Positions 1-8,227 of a stretch of 40,000 nucleotides of DNA are shown here, in pieces. Numbering within the stretch: position 1 is the first letter of the stretch; every line of letters starts with the position of its first letter. The notes under the pieces were generated by a model that saw only the letters and a list, made by a program, of their open reading frames with translations, was not told the origin of the DNA and did no database searches. The stretch lies in assembly GCA_963787335.1 (NCBI GenBank), contig CAWBCU010000029.1:24091-64090 (forward strand), read 5' to 3'. A program made the translations under genes and the position numbers. The DNA comes from an uncultured Solirubrobacterales bacterium. Lineage in GTDB: Bacteria > Actinomycetota > Thermoleophilia > Solirubrobacterales > Solirubrobacteraceae.

Positions 1-73
1 CACCGGACCCGGCCTGCGCGCGGTCGACTGACAGCGAACCTATCCCTGGGCTGGCGCGTACCCGCTAGCACCG

Positions 74-1052
74 ATGCCGTACGAACCCGAGGCAGACACC
101 GTGCACGACGCGCAGGCGTACTGGCTGCGCGCGCCCGGGCGCGGTGAGATCCGGCCGGTGTCGCTGGCCGAGCCGGGCAGCGGCGATGTGGTGGTCCGCA
201 CGCTGCGCTCCGGCGTCAGCCGCGGCACCGAGACGCTGGTGTTCCGCGGTGGGTCGCCGCCGCGCGCGCCGTTCCAGGAAGGCGAGTTCCCGGGCCCGGT
301 CAAGTACGGCTACCTGAACGTCGGCGCGGTCGAGCAGGGGCCGCCGGAGCTGCGCGGGCGCACGGTCTTCTGCCTCTATCCGCACCAGACCGCGTACGTG
401 GTGCCGGCGAGCGCGGTGACCGTCGTGCCCGACGACGTGCCGCCCGCGCGGGCGGTGCTCGCCGGCACCGTCGAGACCGCCGTGAACGCGTTGTGGGACG
501 CGCCGCCGCTCGTCGGTGACCGCGTCGCCGTCGTGGGCGCCGGGATGGTCGGCTGCTGCGTCGCCCGCCTGCTCGCCCGCTTCCCGGCGGTGGAGGTCAC
601 GCTCGTCGACGTCGACCCGTCGCGCTCCGCAGTCGCGGCCGCGCTGGGCGCGCGGGTTCGCGCTGCCGGACGACGCCGCCGGCGGGTGCGACCTGGTCGT
701 GCACACGAGCGCGACGTCGGCCGGGCTCCAGCGCTCGCTCGAGCTGCTCGCGCCCGCGGGCACGGTGCTCGACCTCAGTTGGTACGGCGACGCCGAGGTG
801 CGGCTCTCGCTGGGCGGCGCGTTCCACTCGGGTCGCCTGCGGCTGCGCGCCAGCCAGGTCGGCACGGTGGCGCATGCGCGCCGCACGACGGCCGACCGCC
901 TGGCGCTCGCGCTCGACCTGCTGCGCGACCCCGCCTTCGACGTGCTCGTCACCGGCGAGTCGCGCTTCAGCGAGCTGCCCGGGGTCATGGCGCGCCTGGC
1001 CGATGGGAGCCTGCCGGCGCTCTGCCACACCATCACCTACGACGAGGTGTAG
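74..1052 (+). CDS. MDR-superfamily (zinc-type alcohol dehydrogenase-like) oxidoreductase; frame interrupted near 654-656
   Basis: The N-half is in the frame of ORF 74.. ([10 protein letters not shown]...[17 protein letters not shown], Rossmann GxGxxG). The C-half is in the frame of ORF 516..1052 (...[21 protein letters not shown]...CHTITYDEV*). Deleting one G of GGG at 654-656 joins them as ...AAALGARFALPDDA.... Span is 979 nt = 3n+1. No GHE zinc motif is visible (SGVSRGTE / YGYLNVG instead). Confidence 0.75.
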
Positions 1053-1055
1053 CCC

Positions 1056-1424
1056 GTGTTCAGCGTCACCGTCCGCGACCACATGATGATCGCCCACAGC
1101 CTGCGCGGCGAGGTGTTCGGGCCGGCGCAGCGCCTGCACGGCGCGACCTACGTCGTCGACGCGACCTTCCGCCGGGCGGAGCTCGACGCCGACGGGATCG
1201 TGATCGACATCGGCCTCGCGGCCGGGGCGCTGCGCGAGGTGCTGGCCGAGCTCGGCTACCGCAACCTCGACGAGGAGCTGGACTTCAACACCACGACCGA
1301 GGCGCTGGCCAAGCTCGTCGCGGACCGGCTCGCGGAGCGCGTGCAGGGGATGGGCCTCGAGGGAATAACCGTGACGCTGCGGGAGTCTCATGTGGCATGG
1401 GCCAGCTACGAGCGGCCGCTGTGA
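1056..1424 (+). CDS. 6-pyruvoyl-tetrahydropterin synthase/QueD (COG0720) homologue with degenerate active site
   Basis: 122-aa [41 protein letters not shown]... has the PTPS fold signature (AHxL ... LHG.xY.v). It contains no Cys and reads HGA instead of HGH. GTG start lies 3 nt after the upstream stop. Confidence 0.8.
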   Translation: MFSVTVRDHMMIAHSLRGEVFGPAQRLHGATYVVDATFRRAELDADGIVIDIGLAAGALREVLAELGYRNLDEELDFNTTTEALAKLVADRLAERVQGMGLEGITVTLRESHVAWASYERPL

Positions 1425-2509
1425 GGGAGGTCCACGTCATCGTCCCGGAGGGCGTCGACGACCCGGCCCGGCCGAGCGGCGGCAACACCTACGACCGCCG
1501 GCTCTGCCGCGGGCTCGCGGCGCTCGGCTGGACGGTCCACGAGCGCGCCGTGATCGGCGCGGCCGACCTCGCGCGCGTCGTCGAGCGGATCCCGGACGGC
1601 GCCGTGGTGTTGCTCGACGGCCTGATCGCCTCCCCCGCCCCCGAGGCGCTCGTGCCGCACGCCCGGCGGCTGCGGCAGGTCGTGCTCATGCACATGCCGC
1701 TCGGCGACCGGCGCGAGCGCGAGGTCGTCGCGGCGGCCGCCGCGGTCGTGACGACCAGCGCGTGGGCGCGGCGCCGGCTGATCGAGCTGCACGGGCTGCC
1801 GGCCGACCGCGTGCACGTGGCCGAGCCCGGCGTCGACGCGGCGGAGATCGCGCAGGGAACCGCAACCGGCGGCGCGCTGCTCTGCGTCGCGGCGGTGACG
1901 CGCGCCAAGGGCCACGACGTGCTGCTCGACGGGCTCGCGACCGTGGCGGACCTGTCGTGGCGCTGCGAATGCCTGGGCAGCCTCGACCGGCACGCGGCGT
2001 TCGCCGACCGTGTGCGGCGCCGCGCGCTGGCCGACGGGCTGCGCGACCGGGTGCACTTCGCCGGCCCGCGCACCGGCGCGGAGCTCGAGCGCGCGTACGC
2101 CGCCGCGGACCTGCTCGTGCTCGCCTCCCGCGGCGAGACCTACGGCATGGTCGTCACCGAGGCGCTGGCCCGCGGCGTGCCGGTGCTCGCCACGGACGTC
2201 GGCGGGATCAGCGAGGCGCTCGGGCACGCGGACAACGGAAGCCGGCCGGGACTGCTGGTCCCGCCCGACGACCCGCCGGCCCTCGGCGCCGCGCTGCGGG
2301 CCTGGCTCAGCGACGCCGAGCTGCGCGGGCGCCTGCGGCGGTCCGCGCGCGAGCGGCGCGCTGCGCTGCGCCCGTGGGCGGACACATCGTCCGACATCGC
2401 CCGCGTCCTCGCGGGAGCCGCGAGCGGCGCGGCGGAGGTCGAGCGTTCACGCTTGAGCGGCGCGGTGAGCGAGAGCGGCCTCGCGGTCAGCGCGGGAGCG
2501 GCGCGATGA
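1421..2509 (+). CDS. GT4/GT1-type glycosyltransferase
   Basis: [28 protein letters not shown]... with C-terminal [24 protein letters not shown] (the E-x7-E-type GT4 motif region). GTG 1421 overlaps the upstream TGA (GTGA). Confidence 0.8.
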   Translation: MREVHVIVPEGVDDPARPSGGNTYDRRLCRGLAALGWTVHERAVIGAADLARVVERIPDGAVVLLDGLIASPAPEALVPHARRLRQVVLMHMPLGDRREREVVAAAAAVVTTSAWARRRLIELHGLPADRVHVAEPGVDAAEIAQGTATGGALLCVAAVTRAKGHDVLLDGLATVADLSWRCECLGSLDRHAAFADRVRRRALADGLRDRVHFAGPRTGAELERAYAAADLLVLASRGETYGMVVTEALARGVPVLATDVGGISEALGHADNGSRPGLLVPPDDPPALGAALRAWLSDAELRGRLRRSARERRAALRPWADTSSDIARVLAGAASGAAEVERSRLSGAVSESGLAVSAGAAR

Positions 2510-3264
2510 GCGCGCCGGTCATCCGCGCCGGCCGCGAGTGGCTCGATCTGCGCGAGCCCGCCGACGCGGAGGCGCGCTCGGTCGAGCTTGCGGAGCGCCT
2601 CGCGCGCCACCTCCCCGCGGGCCCGCTCGTGATCCACGACCTCGGCGGCGGCCACGGCGCGATGGGGCGCTGGCTCGCGCCGCGGCTGCCCGGGCCGCAG
2701 CACTGGGTGGTGCACGACCGGGACGCGGAGCTGCTGAAGCTCAATGCGGCCGGCGTCGAGACGCGCCGCTCCGACATCACCCGCCTGGCGCCGGGCGAGC
2801 TCGACGGCGCGAGCGCCATCGTCGCCTCGGCGCTGCTGGACATGCTGACCGCGGACGAGCTCACCCGGATGCTCGGCGCGTGCGCCGGCCATCCGCTGCT
2901 GATCGCGATGACCGTGGCCGGACGCGTCGTCCTGAGCCCGGCGGATCCCCTGGACGAGCAGATCGTCGCCGTCTTCAACGACCACCAGCGCCGCGACGGC
3001 CGGCTCGGCCCGGACGCCGTCGACGCCGCGGTCGGGCAGCTGCGCGGCGAGGTGCTCGTCCGGCCGAGCCCCTGGCGGCTCGACGCGGCGACCCACGCCG
3101 GCCTGATGGCCGCGTGGCTCGGCGGGTGGGTCAAGGCCGCCTGCGAGCAGGAGCCCGGGCTGGCCGCCGAGGCCGGCCCCTACCGGGACCGTCGCCTGGC
3201 GCAGGCGGCCGCCGGCGAGCTGACCGTCACCGTCGACCACACCGACCTGCTGGTGCTGCCGTGA
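2506..3264 (+). CDS. SAM-dependent methyltransferase (class I-like)
   Basis: [18 protein letters not shown]...[17 protein letters not shown] (glycine-rich SAM loop), then ...VVHDRD. ATGA overlap with the glycosyltransferase stop. Confidence 0.65.
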   Translation: MSAPVIRAGREWLDLREPADAEARSVELAERLARHLPAGPLVIHDLGGGHGAMGRWLAPRLPGPQHWVVHDRDAELLKLNAAGVETRRSDITRLAPGELDGASAIVASALLDMLTADELTRMLGACAGHPLLIAMTVAGRVVLSPADPLDEQIVAVFNDHQRRDGRLGPDAVDAAVGQLRGEVLVRPSPWRLDAATHAGLMAAWLGGWVKAACEQEPGLAAEAGPYRDRRLAQAAAGELTVTVDHTDLLVLP

Positions 3265-4223
3265 CGGCCGCCGTCCACGAGGCCGCGACCGCCCATCGCC
3301 CGGGCGCGACGACCGCCGAGCAGCCGCGGGCGCACGCCACGACGATCAGCCGCCGCTCTGTTCGGCAGTGGGCGCGCCTCGCCGCCGCCGCGGGGACGCT
3401 CGCCGTCCTGGTCTGGAGCCTGGGCGCGAGCCCGTTCCTCGACGGCCTGCGCGCGGTCGACGGCGGGGCGCTGGCGGCCGCCTTCGGCCTCGGCGTGCTC
3501 ACGACCGCGTGCTGCGCCTGGCGCTGGCGGATCGTGGCGCGCGGGCTCGGCGTCGAGCTGCCGCTGGGCACCGCGGTGGCCGCGTACTACCGCTCGCTGT
3601 TCCTCAACGTCACGCTGCCGGGCGGCGTGCTGGGCGACATCCACCGCGGGATCAGCCACGGTGGGCTGCGCGCCGTGGCGTGGGAGCGCTCGGCCGGCCA
3701 GGTCGTGCAGGTCGTCCTCACCGTCGCCGTGCTCCTCGTCGTGCCGTCGCCGCTGCGGGCGGCCATGCCGATCGTCGCGCTCGCGCTCCTCGCCGCGGTC
3801 GCCGGCGTCGCGCTGGCCGCACACCTGCGGCCGGCGATCGGCCGGTCCCGCTGGGCGCGGCTGCGGCGCGGCGCGGCGCGCGATCTGCGCGACGGGCTGC
3901 TCGCCGCGCGGGCGTGGCCCGCCGTCGCGCTCGCGTCGGCGCTCGTCGTCGCCGGCCACGCGGTCACGTTCGTGATCGCCGCGCGGACCGCGGGGGCGAC
4001 CGCGTCGCCGTCCCATCTGCTGCCGCTGGCGCTGATCGTGCTGCTGGCCGGGGTGCTCCCCAACGTCGGCGGCTGGGGACCGCGCGAGGGCGTGACGGCG
4101 TGGGCGTTCGCCGCCGCCGGCCTGGGCGCGTCGCTCGGGGTCGCGACCGCGGTCGTCTACGGCGTGATGGTGCTCGCCGCCACGCTGCCGGGCGCCGCCG
4201 TCCTGCTGGTGCGCCGTGGCTGA
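3261..4223 (+). CDS. Multi-pass membrane protein, lysylphosphatidylglycerol-synthase-TM / flippase-like (UPF0104) family
   Basis: Highly hydrophobic 320-aa ORF with RWRIVARGLGVELPLGTAVAAYYRSLFLNVTLPGGVLGDIHRG, typical of this family. GTGA overlap at 3261-3264. Confidence 0.7.
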   Translation: MTAAVHEAATAHRPGATTAEQPRAHATTISRRSVRQWARLAAAAGTLAVLVWSLGASPFLDGLRAVDGGALAAAFGLGVLTTACCAWRWRIVARGLGVELPLGTAVAAYYRSLFLNVTLPGGVLGDIHRGISHGGLRAVAWERSAGQVVQVVLTVAVLLVVPSPLRAAMPIVALALLAAVAGVALAAHLRPAIGRSRWARLRRGAARDLRDGLLAARAWPAVALASALVVAGHAVTFVIAARTAGATASPSHLLPLALIVLLAGVLPNVGGWGPREGVTAWAFAAAGLGASLGVATAVVYGVMVLAATLPGAAVLLVRRG

Positions 4224-4905
4224 GCGCCCGTACACGATGCTCTCCTGCAGCGTGTCGCTCGACGGCTATCTGGGCGACCAGACGCCGCGCCTCGCGCTGT
4301 CCAACGAGGCCGACTTCGACCGCGTCGACGAGGTGCGCGCCTCCTGCGACGCGATCATGGTCGGCGCGGTCACCGTGCGCACCGACAACCCGCGGCTGCT
4401 CGTGCGCTCGCAGGCCCGCCGCGACGAGCGCACCGCCAACGGGCTCGCCGCGTCGCCGATGAAGATCACCGTCACGAACCGCGTCGACCTCGACGCGCGC
4501 TCGAACTTCTTCACCACCGGCGAGACGGAGAAGCTCGTCTACACCTCGAGCCCGCGCGTGGCCGACGCCCGCGCGCGCCTCGGGCCGGTGGCGACGATCG
4601 TGGACGGCGGCCGGCGCGTGCGCATGCGCGGGCTGAGCGAGGACCTCGCCGACCGCGGCGTCGAGCGGCTGATGGTCGAGGGCGGCGGGGTCGTGCACAC
4701 GCAGTTCCTGGCCGACGACCTCGTCGACGAGCTGCAGCTCGTCGTCGCGCCCTTCTTCGTCGGCGACTCGCGCGCCCCGCGCTTCGTGAGCGACGGGCAC
4801 TTCCCCTGGAACGCGGGGCGGCGCGCGAAGCTGGCCGAGACACGCCAGATCGGCGACGTGGTGCTGCTCCGCTACGCGCTCTCACCTCGATTCCGCGACG
4901 TATGA
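4216..4905 (+). CDS. RibD C-terminal domain (DHFR-fold) pyrimidine/pterin reductase family protein
   Basis: MAERPYTMLSCSVSLDGYLGD...DAIMVGAVTVRTDNPRLLVRS...RLMVEGGGVVHTQFLADDLVDELQLVVAPFFVG matches the RibD_C pattern. GTG start, 8-nt overlap with the upstream gene. Confidence 0.75.
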   Translation: MAERPYTMLSCSVSLDGYLGDQTPRLALSNEADFDRVDEVRASCDAIMVGAVTVRTDNPRLLVRSQARRDERTANGLAASPMKITVTNRVDLDARSNFFTTGETEKLVYTSSPRVADARARLGPVATIVDGGRRVRMRGLSEDLADRGVERLMVEGGGVVHTQFLADDLVDELQLVVAPFFVGDSRAPRFVSDGHFPWNAGRRAKLAETRQIGDVVLLRYALSPRFRDV

Positions 4906-7025
4906 GCGAGCGACGCTGGGGGCCGGCGTCGTGGGTGACGCTCGCCCGGGCCACGCTCGCCGCCGGCGTCGCCGCGCTCGCCATGGGCTCGTTCACGCGC
5001 GAGCCGCCGGTCGCGCTGCTCGTGACGCTCGCCGCCGTCGCGCTCGCGCTCGACGCGGCCGACGGATGGGTCGCGCGGCGCACCGGCACGGCGACGGCGC
5101 TGGGCGCGCGCTTCGACGGCGAGGTCGACGCGTTCCTGATCCTCGCGCTGAGCGTCTACGTCGCCCAGAGCGCCGGCGCGTGGGTGCTGGCGATCGGCGC
5201 GGCGCGCTACGTGTTCCTGGCCGGCGAGTGGCTGCTGCCGTGGATGCGCGCGCCGCTCCCGCGGCGGCGCTGGCGCCGGGTCGTCGCCGCGGCGCAGGGG
5301 ATCGTGCTGACGGTCGCGGCCGCCGGCGTCCTGCCGCACGCGCTCACGCAGGCCCTCCTGCTCGCCGCGCTGGTGGCGCTGAGCGCGTCGATGGGCGAGT
5401 GCACGTGGTGGCTGTGGCGCCGCCGGGAAGCCGCGCCGCCCCAACCCACCGCCCTCGCCGTGGCCCTCACCGTCCTCGCCCTGCTGCTCGTCTGGGCCGC
5501 GCTCGTCACCCCGAACCGGACGAGCGACCTCGACCTCGGCGCCTACGCCCGGCTCCCCCTCGAGCTGCTCATCGTGGTCGCGCTGGCCGTGCTGCTGCCC
5601 GCGACCCCGCGCCGCGTGCTGGCCGTCGTGGTGGGCGCGGTGCTGGGCGTGCTGGTGCTCGTGAAGGTCCTCGACATGGGGTTCTTCACCGCCTTCAACC
5701 GGCCCTTCGACCCGGTCTCCGACTCGAGCTACGCGGGCATCGGCATCGAGACCCTGCGCGACGCGATCGGCAGCTCGAGCGCAGACCTCGCCGTCGCGGT
5801 CGCGATCGTGCTGATCACCGCGCTGCTCGCCTTCCCGGTGCTCGCGCTGCTGCGCGTCACACGGGTCGCAGCCGGCCACCGCGGCTGGGCGCTGCGGGCG
5901 GCGGCGGTGCTGGGCGTCGCCTGGGTGGCGCTCCGGATCCTCGGCGCGCCGGTCGCCTCCTCGAGCGCGGCCGCCCTGGCCGTCGACCAGGTGCAGGCGG
6001 TGCGCACGGGCCTGGAGGATCGTGCGCGGCTCACGCGCCAGCTCGCCCACGACCGCTTCCGCACGACCCCGGGGGACCGGCTGCTGACCGGCCTCCGCGG
6101 CAAGGACGTGCTGCTCGTGTTCGTCGAGAGCTACGGGCGGGTCGCGGTCCAGGGCTCGTCGTTCGCGCCCCGCGTCGGCGCCGTGCTCGACCGGGGCACT
6201 GCCCAGCTGCAGGCCGCGGGCTTCTCCTCGCGCAGCGCCTTCCTCACCTCGCCGACCTTCGGCGGCCTCAGCTGGCTGGCGCACTCCACCCTGCAATCGG
6301 GGATCCGCGTCGACGGCCAGCGGCGCTACGACCAGCTCGTCCAGAACGACCGGCTCACGCTCACCCGGGCGTTCAAGCGCGCCGGGTGGCGGACGGTCGC
6401 CGACGTGCCGGCGAACCGCCGGGCGTGGCCGCAGGGGGCGAGCTTCTACGGCTACGACGCGATCTACGACCGCCGCAACCTCGGCTACCGCGGCCCGGGC
6501 TTCGGGCTGCCCCCGATGCCCGACCAGTTCGCGCTGCTCGCCCTGCAGCGCCTCGAGCTCGCCCAGCGCCGGCGACCGCCGCTGTTCGCCGAGGTCGACC
6601 TGATCTCGAGCCACGCGCCGTGGACCAAGATCCCCCGGCTGATCCCGTGGAACCAGGTCGGGGACGGCTCGATCTTCGACCGCATCCCCGCCGAGGAGTC
6701 CACGTTCGGTGACGCCGAGCGCACCCGCGCCGCCTACGGGCGCTCGATCGAGTACTCGCTGCGCACGCTCTTCTCCTTCGTGCGGCGCTACGGCGACGAG
6801 GACACGGTGCTCGTCGTCCTCGGCGACCACCAGCCCGCGACGCTCGTCAGCGGCGAGGGCGCCGGCCACGACGTGCCGATCTCGGTCATCGCCCACGACC
6901 CGAAGGTGATGCGCCGGATCGCCGGCTGGGGCTGGCAGGACGGGCTGCTGCCGAGCCCGCAGGCGCCGGTCTGGCCGATGGCCGCGTTCCGTGACCGCTT
7001 CCTCAGCGCGTTCAGCTCGCCATGA
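4902..7025 (+). CDS. Fusion protein: N-terminal CDP-alcohol phosphatidyltransferase, multi-TM linker, C-terminal alkaline-phosphatase-superfamily (sulfatase/LtaS-like) domain
   Basis: The complete D-x2-D-G-x2-A-R-x8-G-x3-D-x3-D motif is seen as DAADGWVARRTGTATALGARFDGEVD (about nt 5050-5130). Hydrophobic segments follow. The C-terminal part has VLLVFVESYGR...SPTFGGLSWLAHSTLQSG...VLVVLGDHQP, typical of sulfatase-like ectodomains. Single uninterrupted 707-aa frame; ATGA overlaps at both ends. Confidence 0.75.
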   Translation: MSERRWGPASWVTLARATLAAGVAALAMGSFTREPPVALLVTLAAVALALDAADGWVARRTGTATALGARFDGEVDAFLILALSVYVAQSAGAWVLAIGAARYVFLAGEWLLPWMRAPLPRRRWRRVVAAAQGIVLTVAAAGVLPHALTQALLLAALVALSASMGECTWWLWRRREAAPPQPTALAVALTVLALLLVWAALVTPNRTSDLDLGAYARLPLELLIVVALAVLLPATPRRVLAVVVGAVLGVLVLVKVLDMGFFTAFNRPFDPVSDSSYAGIGIETLRDAIGSSSADLAVAVAIVLITALLAFPVLALLRVTRVAAGHRGWALRAAAVLGVAWVALRILGAPVASSSAAALAVDQVQAVRTGLEDRARLTRQLAHDRFRTTPGDRLLTGLRGKDVLLVFVESYGRVAVQGSSFAPRVGAVLDRGTAQLQAAGFSSRSAFLTSPTFGGLSWLAHSTLQSGIRVDGQRRYDQLVQNDRLTLTRAFKRAGWRTVADVPANRRAWPQGASFYGYDAIYDRRNLGYRGPGFGLPPMPDQFALLALQRLELAQRRRPPLFAEVDLISSHAPWTKIPRLIPWNQVGDGSIFDRIPAEESTFGDAERTRAAYGRSIEYSLRTLFSFVRRYGDEDTVLVVLGDHQPATLVSGEGAGHDVPISVIAHDPKVMRRIAGWGWQDGLLPSPQAPVWPMAAFRDRFLSAFSSP

Positions 7026-7780
7026 GGCAGGACGGCCGCGCGCCCTTCGACCGGGCCCTGCGGCGCGCGCGGGTGGCGGCCTACGCCCCCGGCGAGTTCG
7101 TCGGGCAGGAGAGCTTCATGACCGCGGGCGAGATCCGGGCGCTGGCGGCGCAGGCCGGCGTCGGCCCCGGGGTCGCGGTGCTCGACCTCTGCTGCGGCGT
7201 CGCCGGGCCCGGGCGCCTGCTCACGCGCGAGCTCGGCTGCGACTACCTCGGCGTCGATGCCAGCGCGAGCGCCCTGGCCATCGCGCGCCAGGGGGAGGAG
7301 CGGTGCCGCTTCGCGCTCGCGCAGGTCCCGTCCCTGCCCGCCGGGTCCTTCGACGTCGTGCTGCTGCTCGAGGCGATGCTCGCCTTCGAGGACAAGGACG
7401 CGCTCGTGCGCGCGGTCGCCACGGCGCTCCGGCTCGGCGGGCGCTTCGCCTTCACGCTCGAGGAAGGGTCGCCGCTCACCAGACAAGAGCGGGCGGCGAT
7501 GCCCGACGCCGACACGGTCTGGCTCACCCCGCTCGCCGACCTCGCCGCGGCCCTGGAGCGCGCCGGGCTCGTCGTCACCAGGCAGGAGGACCACAGCGAC
7601 GCGCACCGCGCGACCGCGCAGGCGCTCACGGCCGCCTTCGCCGCAGACGCCCCGGCCATCGCCGCGCAGATCGGCCGCCGGGCACTGGACGAGCTGCTCG
7701 CCGCCCACCGGCTGTGGATCGAATGGCTCGACCGGGGGCGGGTGCGCAAGCTCGCGCTGGTGGCGGAGCACGCGGTCTAG
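7022..7780 (+). CDS. Class I SAM-dependent methyltransferase
   Basis: GVAVLDLCCGVAGPGRLL (motif I), YLGVDAS (motif II acidic loop) and FDVVLLLEAMLAF. ATGA overlap with the upstream gene. Confidence 0.75.
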   Translation: MRQDGRAPFDRALRRARVAAYAPGEFVGQESFMTAGEIRALAAQAGVGPGVAVLDLCCGVAGPGRLLTRELGCDYLGVDASASALAIARQGEERCRFALAQVPSLPAGSFDVVLLLEAMLAFEDKDALVRAVATALRLGGRFAFTLEEGSPLTRQERAAMPDADTVWLTPLADLAAALERAGLVVTRQEDHSDAHRATAQALTAAFAADAPAIAAQIGRRALDELLAAHRLWIEWLDRGRVRKLALVAEHAV

Positions 7781-7790
7781 CATCGACGCG

Positions 7791-8177
7791 ATGGCCTGGG
7801 TCCTCCGCTGCCTGCTGCTCGCGCTCGCGTGCGCGACCGCAGGCTTCATCCTCGTCGCGCTCGCGGGCGCGGCGGGCCTGCGGGTCGACGGCCAGGACCC
7901 GATCGAGCTCGGCGAGTACGTGTTCACGCTGATGCTGTCGGCGATCTGGGTGTGGCCGCTGTACATGCTCGCGCTCTTCGCGCTCGGCCGCCGCGGGCGC
8001 TTCCGGCTGTGGGCACTGGTTCTCTGCCCCTTCCTCGTGGCGGGCATGTCGATCGCGAACCTCGCGATCAACGTGCCCGAGGTGCAGGCCACCGACCTCG
8101 CCTGCGTGCTGTTCGCGCTCACCGTGCCGGCGCCGGGTCCCGCCCGCAGACAGGACCAGGTCCCGGCCGCAGGTTGA
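7791..8177 (+). CDS. Small hydrophobic membrane protein, unknown function
   Basis: Internal ATG of ORF 7257..8177. MAWVLRCLLLALACATAGFILVALAGAAG... followed by further hydrophobic stretches. I recognise no family. Confidence 0.45.
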   Translation: MAWVLRCLLLALACATAGFILVALAGAAGLRVDGQDPIELGEYVFTLMLSAIWVWPLYMLALFALGRRGRFRLWALVLCPFLVAGMSIANLAINVPEVQATDLACVLFALTVPAPGPARRQDQVPAAG

Positions 8178-8227
8178 GGCCCCGGCCTCTGGGAGGCCAC
8201 GCGCTCGCACGACAGCCTGTGCGATGA

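Noticed and set aside
8176-8198. Triple element gaggcc-cc-ggcctc-tgg-gaggcc after the small membrane protein gene, as a terminator/antiterminator switch
   Set aside because: The stems are only 6 bp with 2-3-nt loops and no U-tract. This is too small and too common in this GC context to interpret.
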